DNA of 64,000 bases from Sodaliphilus sp. (GTDB taxonomy: Bacteria; Bacteroidota; Bacteroidia; Bacteroidales; Muribaculaceae). Shown here piece by piece: positions 60,522 to 64,000 of the stretch (positions within the stretch are counted from its first letter, which is position 1; every line of letters begins with the position of its first letter). The stretch lies in the NCBI GenBank assembly GCA_045114065.1, contig JBGUJU010000099.1, positions 9,579 through 73,578 on the forward strand, read 5' to 3'. The notes under the pieces were generated by a model. That model ran no database searches. It worked only from the letters and a program-made list of their open reading frames with translations, and was not told where the DNA came from. The translations under genes were made by a program, and so were the position numbers.

Positions 60522-62117
60522 CTACGAGAGGATGAAATCAATGAGAAAATTCACGTCATTGACATTGATCTCTTGATCACCGTTGACATCGGCTCGCTTG
60601 ATGGCGTTATCATCGACCTGTTTGCCCAATATGATGTCTATCAGCGCATTGATGTCACTCACGTTGACCTCGCCGTCACCATTTACATCGCCAAATATGG
60701 GTTCGGGAACGAAGTCCAATTGCTGGTCCATCCACTGAACGCGCTTGACGAGCCACTGCTTGATGTAGGAGATCTCCTCGGCAAAGTTCTGGGAGATGTA
60801 GTAATTGGGCCACACATAGATGCCCCAGACGGGATAAGCCTTGCTGTTGCGCTGCTCGGCACCGCCCACGGTGAGTACATGTGCCAGCGAGTCGACGGTA
60901 GCCATCAGGCGGTCCATGCGCAGGTTGCCCTGGCGGTATTGTGACCACCGCTCTTTCAAGTGCTGGACATAGCGGCGATCAATGTTGAGTTTATACCACC
61001 AGAAGGGGACCATATCGGTCGAGGCTTTCTTGGGCAGGATGTCATTGACATTATACATCCAGGTGTCGGTGCGCCATCCCTCAAAGTAGTTGGAGTTGCC
61101 ATAAGCCAAGTTCATGTCCCAGATGACCATTTTGAAACGCGGGTCTTCACTGTCGCGACGCTTGAAGAACTTGCCGCTCAAGCGGTAGGCATCGACATTG
61201 TGACCGATCTCCATCGCCAACTGATAGTCGATGAACGACATCTCATCGATATACTGGTACTCGCCCGTCTCTGGGTCACGGAACCCCGACGCCATGGCAG
61301 CCTCCATCTTGTCAATCTCGCTTTGCATGTAAGCCAGTTGCGCTTCGGTCCAGTCTTCATAATCGGGCCACTTGTACTGGTAATACACGAGGGTCGTCCA
61401 GATGATACTGCCGTCGCTGCACAAGGGCCTGTACTTTGACACATAGTGGGGCTCGTCGTTACGGTCCACCTCCATCAGGTAGCCGCCAGTGAGGGCGTCA
61501 CCATCCTCGCCCGGATCGTCAAGGTTCAGGCGGTTCTTGCCTGCCGAGACCACCTCCGACAAGAGAAAGACACCATAATAGATATCGTTGCAGATGACTT
61601 CACAGAAACGACCCTTAGGAGTAAACTCCATCCAGGGTCTGGAAATCTCAAAGGCAAGCATGTCGCGCAGCAGGCTCTTGTCGTTATAGGGAGCCAGCAA
61701 CGCCCAGTTGTTGTCCTTGGGCATCCCCAGGATGGACACTCGCCGCGACGAGCCGCCCTCTTCCAGCGGCCGATTCAACGGCTTGAAGGAATAGGGCTTC
61801 TTGGCACTGTAGGTATAGGAGGAGTTGCCACGGTAGCGCAGGGCGATATATCCGTCATAATCAACGTGTTGCCCTGGGTGCTTGAGCGTATCGGAATAGT
61901 TGGTCCTGCCCTCGCCGTTGTCGATGATTTTCATGCGTGCAGTGACGCGCTCATAGCGTTCCACGTCATCCTCCACCGTCAGCCAGACAATGGGAAGGTT
62001 GGTCGATGTGAGCTTGACCCGCTTGTTCATGGGTGCAGTCCATGGCCCATCACTGGCGACGGCTTTGACGAGTCCCGCCAGCAAGAGCATTACGGTCAAG
62101 AGCACCAACTTTCTCAT
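60522..62117 (-). CDS. CotH kinase-family protein with double dockerin repeat
   Basis: Signal peptide. CotH-like blocks (IALRYRGNSSYTYSAKKPYSFK, YYGVFLLSEVV.., TGGYLMEVD). C-terminus GDVNGDGEVNVSDINALIDIIL..ADVNGDQEINVNDVNFLIDFIL. Confidence 0.75.
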   Translation of the reverse strand: MRKLVLLTVMLLLAGLVKAVASDGPWTAPMNKRVKLTSTNLPIVWLTVEDDVERYERVTARMKIIDNGEGRTNYSDTLKHPGQHVDYDGYIALRYRGNSSYTYSAKKPYSFKPLNRPLEEGGSSRRVSILGMPKDNNWALLAPYNDKSLLRDMLAFEISRPWMEFTPKGRFCEVICNDIYYGVFLLSEVVSAGKNRLNLDDPGEDGDALTGGYLMEVDRNDEPHYVSKYRPLCSDGSIIWTTLVYYQYKWPDYEDWTEAQLAYMQSEIDKMEAAMASGFRDPETGEYQYIDEMSFIDYQLAMEIGHNVDAYRLSGKFFKRRDSEDPRFKMVIWDMNLAYGNSNYFEGWRTDTWMYNVNDILPKKASTDMVPFWWYKLNIDRRYVQHLKERWSQYRQGNLRMDRLMATVDSLAHVLTVGGAEQRNSKAYPVWGIYVWPNYYISQNFAEEISYIKQWLVKRVQWMDQQLDFVPEPIFGDVNGDGEVNVSDINALIDIILGKQVDDNAIKRADVNGDQEINVNDVNFLIDFILS

Positions 62118-62140
62118 TGCACTACTTATTCTGCATTGAC

Positions 62141-63997
62141 TTATTTACTGAGTATCAGGTCTATCACGGCGTTGACGTCGGCGATATTGACTTCGCCGTC
62201 ACCGTTCACATCGCCTAGCGAATAGGTATCTCCTGAATCACCCAGAATCATATCGATGACCGTATTCACGTCGGCAATGTTCATCTCGCCGTCGGCATTC
62301 ACATCACCGCGCATCAGGGCACGATAGACAAACGTGCGGATGTTGCAATAGTCGGTATATTGGGCTGTGGTGCCTGTGGCGAGTGTACGATAGGCATAGC
62401 GGGCACGGACGTAGTAGGTGTTGCCGTCAACCAACTTGCCGGCACCCCTGATGTCCCCAAGAGGTATGGTCTCAAAACCGTCATCGATGGTACCGTTGTA
62501 GGAGGTGCGCGACGGGAATGACTCCGAGGTACTGATCTGCACCCTCAACGAGTTGATGCCCTCGACAGGCTCACAGCTCACCACATCGTTGGCATAGAGC
62601 ACCGTCTGTCCGTTGGCGGGACAGAGCAGTGTGGGAAATGGCGGAATCACCTCTACTGTAGTGAACGACGAGACGGGAGTCACTACTGTGAAATCGCCCT
62701 GTATGGCGGTCACTCGAGCGTAGTAGGTTGTCGCTCCCGCCAGCCGGTACTTCGGCACCTGCCACTGTGGCTCGCTCAAGCACACGGTATCGGGATTGTT
62801 CATGGTCGATGACGTGGACAGTTCCAGCAGGTAGGATGAGCCCTGGCCTCCTGCCGTCCACGTGATGCAAGGCATCAGGGGAACATCATTCTCTCCGATG
62901 CTCGGCGTGATGATGCGCATCTGGCCCAGCGAGAAACGGCTCAGTTCGCTCACGTTGTCCCACTGGTTAAGTCCTCGAGCCACCACACGCCACCAGTAAT
63001 CCTGCTCAACGAGATGCGGTATCCTGGTCAAGGGGAGGCAGGTCGTGTCGGTCTCCACTCGTGCCACGAGCGTGTTCATCTCGGCATCAGCATAGACCTC
63101 AACGACATAATTGGACGCGTCACACTGCCACTGCAGCGACGAGAGTTCTGTCACAGGACCTCCGTCTTCGGGATACAACAGGACTGGCTTGGGAGCCTGG
63201 GTGGGTACCATGCCAGGCATCACCGGCGCATACTCGTTCTCCCAGCGGTCAAGGATAGTCACCGCATAGCGGTAACCCTCGCGCTTGGCGGCTGGCATCG
63301 TATAGGATGCCCAATAGGTCACGCCCTCGATATAGCGGGCCTGGCAACGGAACTCCTTGTCCTCCACCCCATCAGGAATGGCATACACCACATAGCGCAC
63401 ATTGGGGATGCTGTCCCATGAGAGCCTGCCGTCGCCATAGGATAGGTTGTTGACGGTGGTATAGGTCTGGTCGGGCTTGAGCCACGCGGGGACGGGATTC
63501 AGCGCCAACGTCGAGTAGAGGCTATCTTTTAACCACGTGCGCAACTGGCGCACCTTGCCGTCGATGACCTCCTTCTTGTTGCGCCATGTGCCGTAACGGA
63601 AATAGACCATGCCAGGATTGCCGCCGGCAGCCATCGCAGCGCGCATGACACGTCCCTGCTTGACAAACTCGGCGAGCGTCCAGCCTTCCTCATCGGGAAT
63701 CCACTGGCTGATATAGACGTGGCGGTTGAACCTGGCAGCCATCTTGCCCCACCAGGTGGTGACACCGGTAAAGGTGCCCGTCGTCTTCCAATAGACCTGG
63801 GGCGCCATGAAATCGATAGTGCCACGCGTGAGCCAAGCCATCGGGTCACTATAGATCTGGTTATACTGCCAGTCGCTGCCCACGGGACAGGGCTCCACGC
63901 CATACTTGTCGGCAACAGACTGGGCGGTGCAAGCCACACCGGCAGGGCCGATACCGAAGCGCACCCACGGCTTGGTCTCCTTGACCATGTCGTTCAC
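62141..63997 (-). CDS. GHL10-like (DUF187 / 'family 10 glycosylhydrolase'-like) protein, 5' end outside window, with three Ig/Fn3-like modules and double dockerin repeat
   Basis: The ORF is open at the window edge. The catalytic-domain remnant (..IDFMAPQVYW..) is recalled from the GHL10 family, with moderate certainty only. Three ~90-aa repeats end ..YYARVTA / ..YYVRARYAY. C-terminus GDVNADGEMNIADVNTVIDMIL..GDVNGDGEVNIADVNAVIDLIL. Confidence 0.6.
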   Translation of the reverse strand: MNDMVKETKPWVRFGIGPAGVACTAQSVADKYGVEPCPVGSDWQYNQIYSDPMAWLTRGTIDFMAPQVYWKTTGTFTGVTTWWGKMAARFNRHVYISQWIPDEEGWTLAEFVKQGRVMRAAMAAGGNPGMVYFRYGTWRNKKEVIDGKVRQLRTWLKDSLYSTLALNPVPAWLKPDQTYTTVNNLSYGDGRLSWDSIPNVRYVVYAIPDGVEDKEFRCQARYIEGVTYWASYTMPAAKREGYRYAVTILDRWENEYAPVMPGMVPTQAPKPVLLYPEDGGPVTELSSLQWQCDASNYVVEVYADAEMNTLVARVETDTTCLPLTRIPHLVEQDYWWRVVARGLNQWDNVSELSRFSLGQMRIITPSIGENDVPLMPCITWTAGGQGSSYLLELSTSSTMNNPDTVCLSEPQWQVPKYRLAGATTYYARVTAIQGDFTVVTPVSSFTTVEVIPPFPTLLCPANGQTVLYANDVVSCEPVEGINSLRVQISTSESFPSRTSYNGTIDDGFETIPLGDIRGAGKLVDGNTYYVRARYAYRTLATGTTAQYTDYCNIRTFVYRALMRGDVNADGEMNIADVNTVIDMILGDSGDTYSLGDVNGDGEVNIADVNAVIDLILSK

Positions 63998-64000
63998 GTC

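Noticed and set aside
1-64000. Searched by eye for tRNA/rRNA genes, transposases, integrases, phage or conjugation genes, toxin-antitoxin pairs and recognisable defence operons (restriction-modification, Cas, retron-like RT, etc.).
   Set aside because: None were recognised. The only nuclease or ATPase-type accessory genes are the two solitary cassettes reported above. Absence of small structured RNAs cannot be proven without covariance-model searches.

Overview
This 64 kb chromosomal segment reads as Bacteroidota, order Bacteroidales, probably Prevotellaceae-like. That placement is inference only, from gene content, TAnnTTTG -7 promoter boxes, lack of Shine-Dalgarno sites, T9SS C-terminal sorting tails and a UpxY-type antiterminator. 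There are about 50 protein genes. I saw no rRNA, tRNA, CRISPR array, transposase or integrase.

Layout:
(i) 2-2359: 3' part of a repeat-built, T9SS-sorted surface protein.
(ii) 2.6-10.4 kb: TetR / TolC / MFP / RND efflux operon, plus a small P-II-like gene translationally coupled to an acyltransferase.
(iii) 10.4-19.5 kb: porin, aminotransferase, SBP-like protein and a ~560-aa unknown. Two AT-richer single-gene insertions interrupt this stretch: a YhcG/DUF1016 nuclease and an AAA+ ATPase with a DUF4143-type PD-(D/E)xK tail. Each is bracketed by a duplication of the 3' end of the gene it sits behind.
(iv) 19.5-25.2 kb: housekeeping genes (rluD-like, dnaJ, grpE, ispE, cls).
(v) 25.3-33.2 kb: a small, AT-rich polysaccharide module with no glycosyltransferase, headed by an unusually long UpxY-like antiterminator and a candidate invertible promoter.
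(vi) 33.4-64 kb: an island of eleven signal-peptide proteins that all end in a double dockerin-type repeat. They are six C10 (streptopain-like) peptidases (five in tandem), a NAGPA-like phosphodiester glycosidase, two paralogous unknowns, a CotH kinase-like protein and a GHL10-like hydrolase. A housekeeping block splits the island (tonB-like, rluA-like, DUF4250, xth, perM-like, miaA, cutC).

Best candidates for something new:
- the dockerin-addressed protease/kinase/phosphodiesterase secretome, with no visible cohesin partner, in a genome that also uses T9SS tails;
- the recurrent single-gene nuclease cassettes flanked by duplicated gene 3' ends;
- Fn3 domains split by swappable inserted domains;
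- a family of exact 9-bp-period palindromic hexamer arrays in intergenic spacers, plus a conserved ~30-nt leader upstream of two unrelated genes.

All family assignments come from reading motifs by eye. No searches were run.
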